DNA of 26,526 bases from a virus (taxonomy: Duplodnaviria > Caudoviricetes): the IMG/VR virus record IMGVR_UViG_3300011115_000618, positions 1 to 26,526 of that record; one strand, given 5' to 3'. Positions 8,407 to 16,724 of the stretch are shown in pieces (position 1 is the stretch's first letter; each line of letters starts with the position of its first letter). A program made the translations under genes and the position numbers. The notes below the pieces were generated by a model. That model saw only the letters and a program-made list of their open reading frames with translations, searched no databases and was not told where the DNA came from.

Positions 8407-9140
8407 CTTTCGTAGCCGCCGCCATTATCGGTTCGTCTCTCATCAGCGGCGCTGTAGGCATGTCTGCGGCCAGCAAGGCCGCAAAAGCACAGACGCAAGC
8501 CGCTGATCAGTCCGCCGCGCTTCAGCGCGAGATGTTTGACAAGCAAGTTGAACTGCAAGCGCCGTTTCGTGAGGCTGGCCTCACCGCCCAGAACCGGCTG
8601 ATGCAATATCTTGGTTTGTCGGGATCACCTAGCGAAGCGGGCTACGGCAAGTATGCCGGTGACTTTGGTATGCAGGATTTCACGGCGGACCCCGGCTATG
8701 CCTTCCGTTTGGCCGAAGGCAACAAGGCGCTTGATCGCACAGCCGCTGCTCGCGGTGGACTGCTCTCTGGTGGCGCTATGAAGGCCGCACAGCGTTACGG
8801 CCAAGAAATGGGTAGCCAAGAGTACATGAACGCATTCAACCGCTACCAGACCAACCGCGCTAATCAACTTCAGCCGTTGCAGAGCCTGATGGGCGCAGGC
8901 CAGACCGGCGCTAACGTGCTGACGCAGGCCGCTGGCGGCTTGGGTTCTGGATTAGCGGAGAATGCGTTAGGCGCGGGGAATGCGCGTGCGTCGGGCTATA
9001 TGGGTCAAGCTAACGCCTTGACGAGCGCACTGGGCACGGCGGTAAACCAATACACAGGCATGTACGGCGGGAATTATGGGCCGACCAACCCTAACCTTAC
9101 CAATTCATGGAACGCCATAGCGGCGAAAACACCGTTTTAG
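8403..9140 (+). CDS. DNA ejection / pilot protein (P22 gp7-like)
   Basis: Hydrophobic Gly/Ala N-terminus, ASKAAKAQ, DPGY.FR..EG..A..R.AAARGGLLSG and Gln/Asn-rich helices; first of three ejection-type genes. Confidence 0.75.
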   Translation: MTFVAAAIIGSSLISGAVGMSAASKAAKAQTQAADQSAALQREMFDKQVELQAPFREAGLTAQNRLMQYLGLSGSPSEAGYGKYAGDFGMQDFTADPGYAFRLAEGNKALDRTAAARGGLLSGGAMKAAQRYGQEMGSQEYMNAFNRYQTNRANQLQPLQSLMGAGQTGANVLTQAAGGLGSGLAENALGAGNARASGYMGQANALTSALGTAVNQYTGMYGGNYGPTNPNLTNSWNAIAAKTPF

Positions 9141-9153
9141 TAGGTAGCTACAC

Positions 9154-10374
9154 ATGGCTCTTGATCCTAACATCGCCCTTGCGTTTAAGCCCATTCAGCT
9201 AAACGATCCGCTAGAGACACAAGCGCGTCGTCAGCAAGTGCAGTCCAATGCCTTGGCTATGCGAAACGCCGAAAGCCAAAACGCGCTGGCGCAACGGACA
9301 GCGCTAGAAGATCAAGCGGTAAACAAGCTGTACGCGCAGTCGTACGACCCCAAAACTGGACAAGTTGATATGCGTCGGGTGATGGAGGGCGCGGCGCAGC
9401 TTGGCTTGGGGGGTAAAATCCTCGGTATGCAAAGCGCCGATTTGGAAGCGCAAGGTAAGCGTCAAAACATAACCAAAGATTTTAACGCCAATGTAAGTTC
9501 CGCGATGGACAATGCGCGGTTTCGGCTTGAGGGTGTACGGACGCCTGAACAGTTTATGCAGTGGCACGAACAAAACCATAGCGACCCAACACTAAAAGAA
9601 TACTTTGACAGGATTGGCGTCACGCCCGAACAATCACGGGCGCAGATAGCCGCAGCAGCGAACGACCCCGCTGCATTTGCAGACCTTCTTCAGAAAGCGC
9701 AACTTGGGCTAAAAGGCGCTCAAGATGCCGTTAATGCTGAAGCTAACCGCGCCACACAGCTTCAAGTTCAAGGCATGATTGGTCAGCGCATGGAGGCTAC
9801 CCGCGCCGCTCGTCCTGCTGCTGCGCCTGCCCGGGCGGCTGCGGGCGGCGGCGCTGCGCCTGCTGCTGGTAAACCGGGGAAGCCCGGTAAGCCCGCGCCG
9901 GACCTTTCAGCAGTGGCCGCAGCGCAAGACGAAAAGATTTCGCGCATTCGCGGAGCGCTAACAGAGGCTGAAGATTTAATTAGCCCAACCACGACAGGCG
10001 TTATTGGTGGGGTTGCAGCGCGTGTTGGTGGCACAAAAGCTAGAGACTTGGCCGGAAAGTTGGAAACCATCAAAGCAAACCTTGGTTTTGATGAACTTCA
10101 AAAAATGCGCGATGCGTCGCCCACTGGCGGCGCACTTGGTCAAGTTGCGGTAAAAGAGCTTATTGCATTGCAGTCAACGGTTGCCAGTTTAGATCAAGGC
10201 TTGTCAGAGGCAGAGCTTAAAAAGTCGATTAAAAAAATTAAGCAACACTATGACGCTTGGTACGAAGCCGTTTTAAAATCTAGGTCTGGTACCCAGCCTG
10301 CGGCTGCTGCGGCGTCGCCTAACGCAAAACTTTACGATGAGGCCGACGCCATCCTTAATCGCGGAAGGAAATAG
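9154..10374 (+). CDS. Putative DNA ejection protein (gp20 position)
   Basis: 406 aa, helical, Ala/Gln-rich, with a Pro/Ala/GKP linker and C-terminal TIKANLGFDELQKMRDASPTGGALGQV motif; synteny. Confidence 0.6.
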   Translation: MALDPNIALAFKPIQLNDPLETQARRQQVQSNALAMRNAESQNALAQRTALEDQAVNKLYAQSYDPKTGQVDMRRVMEGAAQLGLGGKILGMQSADLEAQGKRQNITKDFNANVSSAMDNARFRLEGVRTPEQFMQWHEQNHSDPTLKEYFDRIGVTPEQSRAQIAAAANDPAAFADLLQKAQLGLKGAQDAVNAEANRATQLQVQGMIGQRMEATRAARPAAAPARAAAGGGAAPAAGKPGKPGKPAPDLSAVAAAQDEKISRIRGALTEAEDLISPTTTGVIGGVAARVGGTKARDLAGKLETIKANLGFDELQKMRDASPTGGALGQVAVKELIALQSTVASLDQGLSEAELKKSIKKIKQHYDAWYEAVLKSRSGTQPAAAAASPNAKLYDEADAILNRGRK

Positions 10375-10376
10375 GC

Positions 10377-11804
10377 ATGGCAACTGCCGCGCAATACGCC
10401 GAATGGATTGTCAAAAACAAAGACAAAGAAGGCACGCCCGAATTTAATAAGATAGGCGAAGCCTATAAACTTAAGCGTCAAGAAGAAATGACCGCAACAG
10501 AAGAGCCTGTTGCTGCGCCCGAACCTGCGGCAAGCGAGATTCCCGCCGCCCGACGCAACGCCGTGGTGGACTATCTATCCGGCCCGCGTGGCCGCGAACT
10601 GGCGACGTTAGGTGGTGGCGTTCTTGGTGGTCTTGTTGCGGCTCCCGCCGCTTTAGCCGCGTCTGTGCCTACCGCAGGCTTGGGCGGCATTGCCACTGAA
10701 GCCGCTGGCGTAGGCTTGGGTGCAGGCATCGGCGGTCAAGTCTACGATATTGCTAAAAATGCGTTGGCACCTAAAAAACCAGTATCACCACTTGCTACGG
10801 CAAAAACCGTAGCACAGGACGTCGGCATCAACGCGCTAGGCGCCGTTGGTGGTCAAGTTGTCGGCAGAGGCTTAGGAATGCTGGCGGAAAAAACCGCGCC
10901 GATTATTGCCAAGACGGGTGATGAGCTAAAGGCTTTGGCGCAAACCGCGTACAATAAGGCCGAAGACGCCGGTGTCGTGTTTTCTCCTTCGGCGTATAGT
11001 GGTTTTGTGGACGACGTTCAAAAAACTTTGCGCGACAAGGGCTTTGACGTTGACTTGCACCCTAACACTTCGGCGGCAGTAAAACGGTTGGTTTCTGACA
11101 TTGAGAAGCCCATTAAATCGTTCAAAGATTTAGCTACGCTTCGATTGGTGGTTAATCAAGCGGCGTCTAAGCCCAGTTCGGACGCAGGCGAATTGCGCTT
11201 GATCAATACCATAAAAAACAAATTGGATGATTTTGTCTCTAACAACAAAAATGTTGTTTCTGGCAAACCTGAAGTCGCAATTCCAGCCATCAACGAGGCT
11301 CGCAAACTGTGGTCTCAAATGAGCAAAAGCGACACCATAGAAGAAATTATTAAACAAGCTAGTTTATCTAAATCCGATCCAGCAACAGCGCTTCAAGACG
11401 AATTTATAAAGTTGGCTAAAAGCAAAACTCGTATGCGCGGGTTTTCTGACGCAGAACGCAAAGCCGTTGAAGATGTCGCCAAAGGCAAAGGCGGCGTGGA
11501 CATGCTTCAGTTCATCGGTTCTTTTGCCCCCGGCGCTAACGTCCCCGGCGCGATAAAGTCAGCAGCCTATCTTGCTGGTGGCGCTGCGGGCGGCGGCGTG
11601 CCTGCGGCGCTGGGCGCGGCAGCAACTCTAGGATCAAAAGCGGCAGCCAACAGGTTAGCCGCAGCCAATGCCGCTCGCGTCGCTGCGCTGATGCGCGGTG
11701 GTCAACGTGCCGCTGTCCCTTCGTCAAACGCGATGTCTCGTTTTGCAACGCGGGGGGTTGTAAATCTTAATTCCCCATCTAATAGTAACGCTTTAGCCCA
11801 GTGA
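10377..11804 (+). CDS. Putative DNA ejection protein (gp16 position)
   Basis: 475 aa with Gly/Ala-rich hydrophobic segments flanking a helical core; last gene before the lysis cassette. Confidence 0.6.
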   Translation: MATAAQYAEWIVKNKDKEGTPEFNKIGEAYKLKRQEEMTATEEPVAAPEPAASEIPAARRNAVVDYLSGPRGRELATLGGGVLGGLVAAPAALAASVPTAGLGGIATEAAGVGLGAGIGGQVYDIAKNALAPKKPVSPLATAKTVAQDVGINALGAVGGQVVGRGLGMLAEKTAPIIAKTGDELKALAQTAYNKAEDAGVVFSPSAYSGFVDDVQKTLRDKGFDVDLHPNTSAAVKRLVSDIEKPIKSFKDLATLRLVVNQAASKPSSDAGELRLINTIKNKLDDFVSNNKNVVSGKPEVAIPAINEARKLWSQMSKSDTIEEIIKQASLSKSDPATALQDEFIKLAKSKTRMRGFSDAERKAVEDVAKGKGGVDMLQFIGSFAPGANVPGAIKSAAYLAGGAAGGGVPAALGAAATLGSKAAANRLAAANAARVAALMRGGQRAAVPSSNAMSRFATRGVVNLNSPSNSNALAQ

Positions 11805-11813
11805 GTGAGTTTA

Positions 11814-11981
11814 ATGGCCGAAGAGAAAGACCCCGGTGCTAGGTTGGATACGCACGAAGCAGTATGCGCCCTGCGCTACGAAGGCATTTGCGCCAGGTTG
11901 AAGCGAATTGAGGGCATGGGCATTGCTATTGCCGGCGCTATCATCATGCTGCTTCTTAGCATCGTACTGAAGATGAACTGA
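11814..11981 (+). CDS. Small membrane protein, XhlA-like / holin candidate (not in ORF track)
   Basis: 55 aa MAEEKDPGARLDTHEAVCALRYEGICARLKRIEGMGIAIAGAIIMLLLSIVLKMN*: coiled coil plus one C-terminal TM segment; TGATG overlap with the endolysin. Confidence 0.75.
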   Translation: MAEEKDPGARLDTHEAVCALRYEGICARLKRIEGMGIAIAGAIIMLLLSIVLKMN

Positions 11982-12382
11982 TGACCTACCACCTAAGCCA
12001 GCGCTCCAGCCTCAACCTGACCGGCGTCCATCCGGATCTGGTCAAGGTCGTCATGCGGGCGCTTGAGATCTCGCCGCTCGACTTCGTGATCGTCGAGGGC
12101 TTGCGTACCATCAAGCGTCAGCAGGAGCTGTTTGCGTCTGGTGCGTCCAAGACCATGAAGTCTCGGCACCTGCATGGCTTCGCCATCGACGTAGCGCCGC
12201 TTGTGGCGGGTTCTATCCGCTGGGACTGGCCTTTGTATGATCGGCTGATCTTGGCCTTCAGGCAGGCCGCTAAGGATGTTGGCGTCAAGGTCGAGTTCGG
12301 CTACGACTGGAAGACTTTCAAGGACGCACCGCACATCCAACTTGCGCCGTCCGTCTATCCCGACCCACCCAAGGAGAATTGA
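11981..12382 (+). CDS. Endolysin, peptidase M15 family (L-Ala-D-Glu peptidase-like)
   Basis: L.GVHPDL, EGLRT..RQ..L, SRHLHG.AID and D.PH.QL zinc-peptidase motifs. Confidence 0.92.
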   Translation: MTYHLSQRSSLNLTGVHPDLVKVVMRALEISPLDFVIVEGLRTIKRQQELFASGASKTMKSRHLHGFAIDVAPLVAGSIRWDWPLYDRLILAFRQAAKDVGVKVEFGYDWKTFKDAPHIQLAPSVYPDPPKEN

Positions 12383-12383
12383 A

Positions 12384-12539
12384 ATGCTTAAAGGCAAGAA
12401 AACCTACATCACCGCTGGCGTCGCCATCATCACGGCTGTCGCCGCTTATGCCGTTGGCGACGCAACGCCGATCCAAGCCGCGCAAATGATCTTCACGGCT
12501 CTGATCGGCGCTTTCGTGCGCTCTGGACTTAACAGCTAA
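12384..12539 (+). CDS. Small two-TM membrane protein (holin candidate)
   Basis: Likely start is ATG 12384 after AAGGAG; 51 aa MLKGKKTYITAGVAII...MIFTALIGAFVRSG with two hydrophobic segments. Confidence 0.7.
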   Translation: MLKGKKTYITAGVAIITAVAAYAVGDATPIQAAQMIFTALIGAFVRSGLNS

Positions 12540-12993
12540 ATTCACGTCCATAATAGGCGATGAGCGCGGCCTCGGCCCGCCCATCGTCCTTCACCCTGGC
12601 CCACTGCCCCGCATAGCGCGGGAAGATCTCTGAAGCCCGCAGCCTGGCCCCGTCCTTATCGGTCGGCGTCTGCGTCTTGCGCTTCCACACCTGCGGCGGC
12701 ACTTCCACGATAGGGATAAAGTTAGCCGCCACGGCCCCAATCACGACACCAGCAGCGCGGCCAAAAGTGAACGCACCGGCATGGCCGTTCCCCGGCATGG
12801 ACGCGACCTTCTCAATGACGCACGTAATGCCCTGATGCTTGGCCCATAGGTCCAAGATGATGGCCAGTTGGGCGTGATCGACCCGACGCTTGGTGCCGTC
12901 CTGAATGGTCGGCATGTCGTAAATCTCTAGGTCGTTGTTGTACAAAAGCGCCAAAGCGCCGCCAAGACCGGGGTCAATTCCTATGATGGGCAT
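12529..12993 (-). CDS. RuvC-like Holliday junction resolvase
   Basis: IIGIDPG, VIEKV, F.FG...G, P..WK and DGRAEAALIA acidic catalytic motifs. Confidence 0.88.
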   Translation of the reverse strand: MPIIGIDPGLGGALALLYNNDLEIYDMPTIQDGTKRRVDHAQLAIILDLWAKHQGITCVIEKVASMPGNGHAGAFTFGRAAGVVIGAVAANFIPIVEVPPQVWKRKTQTPTDKDGARLRASEIFPRYAGQWARVKDDGRAEAALIAYYGREFSC

Positions 12994-12996
12994 AAT

Positions 12997-13689
12997 CTAT
13001 CCAAACATATCTGGCTGAATTTCTTTAATGACCCAACGGGCCGGTGAATTGGCAGAATCCCATCTATCCGCCATTTGCCTTGCATTCTTGTGCGGAAGAT
13101 TGTGGTTCCTGCCCACGTCCGAACTGTCGGCGCTAGCAAATGGATATTGAGCCTTGGCCACAACATCTAGTCCGCGCAGCATGTGAACATTGGGGGTGCG
13201 CTTATGATGGCGAGATATTTCATTCCAAGCTGCATCCATCCGTGAGGTCCAAGCATCCGAAAAGATAACCGCGTACTCTGACGTAGAGCCAATACAGACC
13301 TTTGGCCATTCTTCAGTGAGGCGAATAAGGCGGCTGATGGGTTCGTCCATATGCCAAACTGGAGCGCCCTTGTGGCCAAATGGCCACTCCCTAAGCAAAG
13401 CATCTTGCTCTTGAGTGCCAGCGTCGATCACATCCGGAATAACCGCCCATGTGGTGGGAAAATCCAACCAAGGATCACACCAGGCATAAAAAGCTGGCCA
13501 ATCAGTTGTTCCGCCCGATCTCCATTTTGAAAACGCGCCATTGTCAAGCATGACGCTTGATCCGATTTGATGTGCTTGACCGACTTGAGATCTGGCTGTT
13601 GTTCCGTGGCTTACGCAAAAGCATTTTCCGGCAAGCGTCAGAAACACCGCATTAGGCGTAATCGGCAGGCCATGATAGCAAATCGTCAT
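12997..13689 (-). CDS. TGT/DpdA-like (guanine transglycosylase superfamily) protein
   Basis: Likely start is ATG 13689 (ATGA overlap). MLDNGAFS (cf. TGT DSGG.Q / DpdA DSGAF), IPDVI, PVWH, VCIG, VHMLRG and SADSS follow the order of the TGT TIM-barrel motifs with the catalytic Asp positions retained; adjacent to a QueD-like gene. Confidence 0.7.
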   Translation of the reverse strand: MTICYHGLPITPNAVFLTLAGKCFCVSHGTTARSQVGQAHQIGSSVMLDNGAFSKWRSGGTTDWPAFYAWCDPWLDFPTTWAVIPDVIDAGTQEQDALLREWPFGHKGAPVWHMDEPISRLIRLTEEWPKVCIGSTSEYAVIFSDAWTSRMDAAWNEISRHHKRTPNVHMLRGLDVVAKAQYPFASADSSDVGRNHNLPHKNARQMADRWDSANSPARWVIKEIQPDMFG

Positions 13690-13979
13690 TTCCAAGCCTC
13701 GCAGCCCATGCTGTCGTCCTGCCTCCACACAACGGATTTTACAATTCCATCTAATTGTAGGGCTTTTTGCGCGATCATTTCTTGGGTAAGCCCCGGAAGA
13801 TATTCACCTCGCATAAGGCTCAAAAGGCCATTAAGACTTTTCCTGACATCCCTAGCATCACGCCACGGCTCAGACGGCCAATAGACCGTGACGATCCAAG
13901 TGTGAGCGTGGGGAAAATCTTTGACGGGCAAACTGTGCAAAGCATAAAAGTCTGCGCTAACGCATGAAAGATTTCTCAA
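13686..13979 (-). CDS. Minimal QueD/6-pyruvoyl-tetrahydropterin-synthase-like T-fold protein
   Basis: FYALHSL...HAHTWIVTV matches QueD F.AAH.L...HGH.Y.V.V, and TQEMIA matches T.E.IA. The TTG start overlaps the upstream TGA. Confidence 0.7.
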   Translation of the reverse strand: MRNLSCVSADFYALHSLPVKDFPHAHTWIVTVYWPSEPWRDARDVRKSLNGLLSLMRGEYLPGLTQEMIAQKALQLDGIVKSVVWRQDDSMGCEAWK

Positions 13980-14986
13980 AACGGCACCTCGTCGTTAAAT
14001 GGCAGTCCGTTGTTGGACCCTCGGCCTTTCATGGCCTGTTTGCGCTGTGCCATGCTCTGCTTAGGCGGCATGGCCTTTGAGCCATGTATGAACGTCTCGC
14101 CCGTCTCGCGGTGCTTGTACTCAATGAAGTTGACGCCAGCGTCAATCGGATCGGCATTGGGCACAAAGTCTGGAATCAGAAGGTGCTGGTCGCAGCCCTT
14201 GCGCTGTTCCGCTGACGTGATGAATTTGTCCGCCAGTTCGCAGCGCCATTTGCCGTCAGCCACGGGCGTAGAGTGAGCGCATGTGCGGCAGTTGATCTCG
14301 GCCTGGGCCTCTTGATGGCACAGGTCGTACATATCGCAGAATTTGCATTCCCAGTAGGACGGATCTTCGCTCAGTTTGAGCGGGGCCTGCTTGGCATCAA
14401 CAATAGTACGCGCCCGCTCCAACAACGATCTGAACGCGCCTGAATTGAATGGCACGACCTCGGTGTAGATGGCGTCTGTGTTCTTGTTGACGGCGATGTA
14501 CATGGAATAGGATAGCTTTAGAAAACCCATATACGTCTGCATCTGCGCGTAATGCTGCGGCTTCTGGCTCTCGACCGACCAGTCCTTTAGCTTTCCGAAC
14601 GTCTTATCGTTCATGGTCTTGCACTCAAGGACCATCCAATCGTCAGGATATTCTGGAAAGCCCCGGCCAATGCCATCGACCGATCCGCCAAAATGGCCAG
14701 ATTCGTCGCGGACAGTGATCTGCTTGCCGTCTTCGTCCGTATAAAGCTCTACGCCTATGCCGCGCAGTTCCTCGGCAATGCGAACTTCCTCACGATTGCC
14801 GGTATTAAACAGGCGCAACATGCGCCCTTCAAATTTGGGCATTACGGCCCACCGGAAGGTGAGCCATAAATACCTATTGCAAGAGTGCCCGATCAGGGAC
14901 GCGCCCAGATGGTCGCGGAAGTCTTGTGGCTTGGCTTCGTACCATGCCGTTATGGCGGTGGCGGTCGTCTGATCGGGCTTGGTCAC
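13976..14986 (-). CDS. Cas4-like PD-(D/E)XK exonuclease with Cys clusters
   Basis: HLGAS.IG..C.R.LW, G...E, GSVDG, LECKT, HYAQMQ.YM, C-terminal CKFC.....C and an extra CRTC...C...C cluster. Confidence 0.85.
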   Translation of the reverse strand: MTKPDQTTATAITAWYEAKPQDFRDHLGASLIGHSCNRYLWLTFRWAVMPKFEGRMLRLFNTGNREEVRIAEELRGIGVELYTDEDGKQITVRDESGHFGGSVDGIGRGFPEYPDDWMVLECKTMNDKTFGKLKDWSVESQKPQHYAQMQTYMGFLKLSYSMYIAVNKNTDAIYTEVVPFNSGAFRSLLERARTIVDAKQAPLKLSEDPSYWECKFCDMYDLCHQEAQAEINCRTCAHSTPVADGKWRCELADKFITSAEQRKGCDQHLLIPDFVPNADPIDAGVNFIEYKHRETGETFIHGSKAMPPKQSMAQRKQAMKGRGSNNGLPFNDEVPF

Positions 14987-15451
14987 TTACTTACGCTCCC
15001 AAGGCTTGGCAGCGGCTGGCGCTGCCTTGGTAGCGGCAGGACGCGCAGCGGGCGCTGACGCGCTTCCTGCGGGCTTGTAGCCCATAACGCGGTTGCGTGT
15101 GGGGTCTTTGCGGTCGATGTCCAAAACGATAATGAACGGCGTATCGTTCAGCATGTCCGTATCGGTCAACGCCTCAATGCCACAGGCAAGGCCCAAAGAC
15201 TTCAACGCGGCGCGGGCGATGTTCTCCGCGACCTCGTTGGCGTTATGGATATTCAAGCGCTCCCAGATCTTGCGGCCCGAATATTCGCCATCCACGATCT
15301 GAATGACCAGTTCGAGATATTCACCAGTGCCGGACTTGGTGGCCTTCATCTGGTTCTCGGTCACGATGGCAAGATATTCGCCACGCGGCAGGGGATCGAA
15401 GTTGCTCTTTGGGGCTTCGTATGACGAAACGTCAAAGTCGATGGTAGCCAT
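14987..15451 (-). CDS. Single-stranded DNA-binding protein (DUF669-like)
   Basis: Likely start is ATG 15451; FDPLP.GEY.A....K.TK.G.G.YL.L...I.DGEY.GRK.W..LN and a Pro/Ala tail ending KPWERK; adjacent to a Sak4-like gene. Confidence 0.8.
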   Translation of the reverse strand: MATIDFDVSSYEAPKSNFDPLPRGEYLAIVTENQMKATKSGTGEYLELVIQIVDGEYSGRKIWERLNIHNANEVAENIARAALKSLGLACGIEALTDTDMLNDTPFIIVLDIDRKDPTRNRVMGYKPAGSASAPAARPAATKAAPAAAKPWERK

Positions 15452-15462
15452 GTTTTCAGTTC

Positions 15463-16191
15463 CTATTTGATTGCGTTTGCAAAGGCGTCCCAAGACAGCG
15501 GAATGCTGTCGGGCAGATTGTAGCGATTCTTAGCCATGTAGGCAGGGCGCTCAGTGGTGAACAGCATACGCTCACCGCTGGAGATGCCCCTGGCTACGGT
15601 CTTATTAAAGCCAACGTCGTCTTTCTTGACGATGGTCTTGTAGTTGGCGAACATAACGGCGTCCGCCCACTCTCGCACTACCGCGCTGCTGCGCTCTTGC
15701 AGCTTTGGTTGGTAGCGATCAAACGGCTCGACCTCTGGGCTGTCGAACCGCTTAATGGTGTTGTGCGCTAGCAGGATGACAATCATCTTCTTGTCGTTCC
15801 GCAGCGCGTTCAGTCCGTCCAGAACCTCGCGCCACTTTTGGGCGGCGATCATTGCGCCCTTGCCGTAGGCGAGATCCTTGGCGTCGTGCTTTTCTTCCAT
15901 CTCGCGATGGATAATCGCTTCGAGCCAATCCAAACTGTCAAGGACGACGGTCTTATAGGGATGCTCCTCAGCGTACAAGGTACCGATCGCGTCCATGACG
16001 TTATCCAAAGAATGCGCGATCGGGAAATGCTCGACGTCCAGTGAGCCGAGACCGTCCTCCGTGAGGATGAAGATCGGATCGGGGGCGCCAGCGGCGAAGG
16101 TGGATTTGCCGATACCCTCAACGCCATAGATCATGATCCTAGGCGACAGAACCGTATCGTTGCGGCTAATGCTTTTGAGATCGAAAGCCAT
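15463..16191 (-). CDS. Sak4-like ATPase / ssDNA annealing protein (AAA_24-like)
   Basis: Likely start is ATG 16191; Walker A YGVEGIGKST, Walker B VVLDSLDWLE, YGKG, LAH, EWADAV.F and AKNRY.LP. Confidence 0.88.
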   Translation of the reverse strand: MAFDLKSISRNDTVLSPRIMIYGVEGIGKSTFAAGAPDPIFILTEDGLGSLDVEHFPIAHSLDNVMDAIGTLYAEEHPYKTVVLDSLDWLEAIIHREMEEKHDAKDLAYGKGAMIAAQKWREVLDGLNALRNDKKMIVILLAHNTIKRFDSPEVEPFDRYQPKLQERSSAVVREWADAVMFANYKTIVKKDDVGFNKTVARGISSGERMLFTTERPAYMAKNRYNLPDSIPLSWDAFANAIK

Positions 16192-16592
16192 TATTTGTCT
16201 TCTCCTGTTTCGACCTGAACGTAAGGCTTCGCGGCCTTGGACGTGATGTGCTTGGCGAGGTTCTTCCAAAGGTCTGCGCGGTATTCCCGCAGATCCTTTA
16301 GTTTCGTCTCGTTGATTTCTTTTTTGATTCGCACGACCTGGAGCTTCTCAGGCCAGTCTGCGGTCAGGGCCTCAAGAGCGGCCATGTCGTCGGCCTTAAA
16401 GTTGGTCTTGAGGGTAATGCAAATCTTCAGGCCGTTCTCCAGCTTGAAGGTGGACTTGCCGTCCTTGTTGGGCTTGATAGCTTGGACGATCTGCTCTTCG
16501 ATCTCTAAGCGGCGCTGGTTTGCCGCTACTTCTTCGCCCTTGGCTGCGAGCCAGAAAGTTGCCAAGGCCTGTAGGTTGTCATCGTTGGTCAT
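16191..16592 (-). CDS. Hypothetical protein, first gene of the recombination operon
   Basis: 133 aa with an N-terminal coiled coil; GGAG RBS; TAATG overlap with the Sak4-like gene. Confidence 0.75.
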   Translation of the reverse strand: MTNDDNLQALATFWLAAKGEEVAANQRRLEIEEQIVQAIKPNKDGKSTFKLENGLKICITLKTNFKADDMAALEALTADWPEKLQVVRIKKEINETKLKDLREYRADLWKNLAKHITSKAAKPYVQVETGEDK

Positions 16593-16724
16593 TTGATTTG
16601 CTCCGTTTGAGTTCGGCTAGGTAGCACCATTAAAAACAAAAACGCAATATGATTTTTACAATTAATGTGGATTGCTTGTAATTTCGTTTTGTGGCAGCCT
16701 TCGCGCTTCATAGAAGAGGATCTC
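16593..16724. promoter_or_regulatory. AT-rich divergent promoter region
   Basis: Non-coding AT-rich gap between divergent operons. On the minus strand, TTGCGT-N16-GCTACCT is a candidate housekeeping promoter. Confidence 0.6.

Noticed and set aside
9800-9900. Collagen-like repeat GKPGKPGKP
   Set aside because: Only three triplets inside an Ala/Pro linker; too short for a collagen domain.
172-12584. Many antisense and alternate-frame ORFs over the structural genes (e.g. 5577-6092, 11993-12397)
   Set aside because: They overlap well-supported, coupled plus-strand genes and show no motifs; expected shadows in GC-rich DNA.
12997-13979. Complete queuosine/7-deazaguanine pathway or canonical tRNA-modifying tgt
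   Set aside because: No FolE, QueE, QueC or QueF recognised, and the TGT-like protein lacks the zinc-binding motif; gene symbols withheld.
13976-14986. CRISPR-Cas locus suggested by the Cas4-like nuclease
   Set aside because: No cas1/cas2 or repeat-spacer array; the context is a phage recombination operon.
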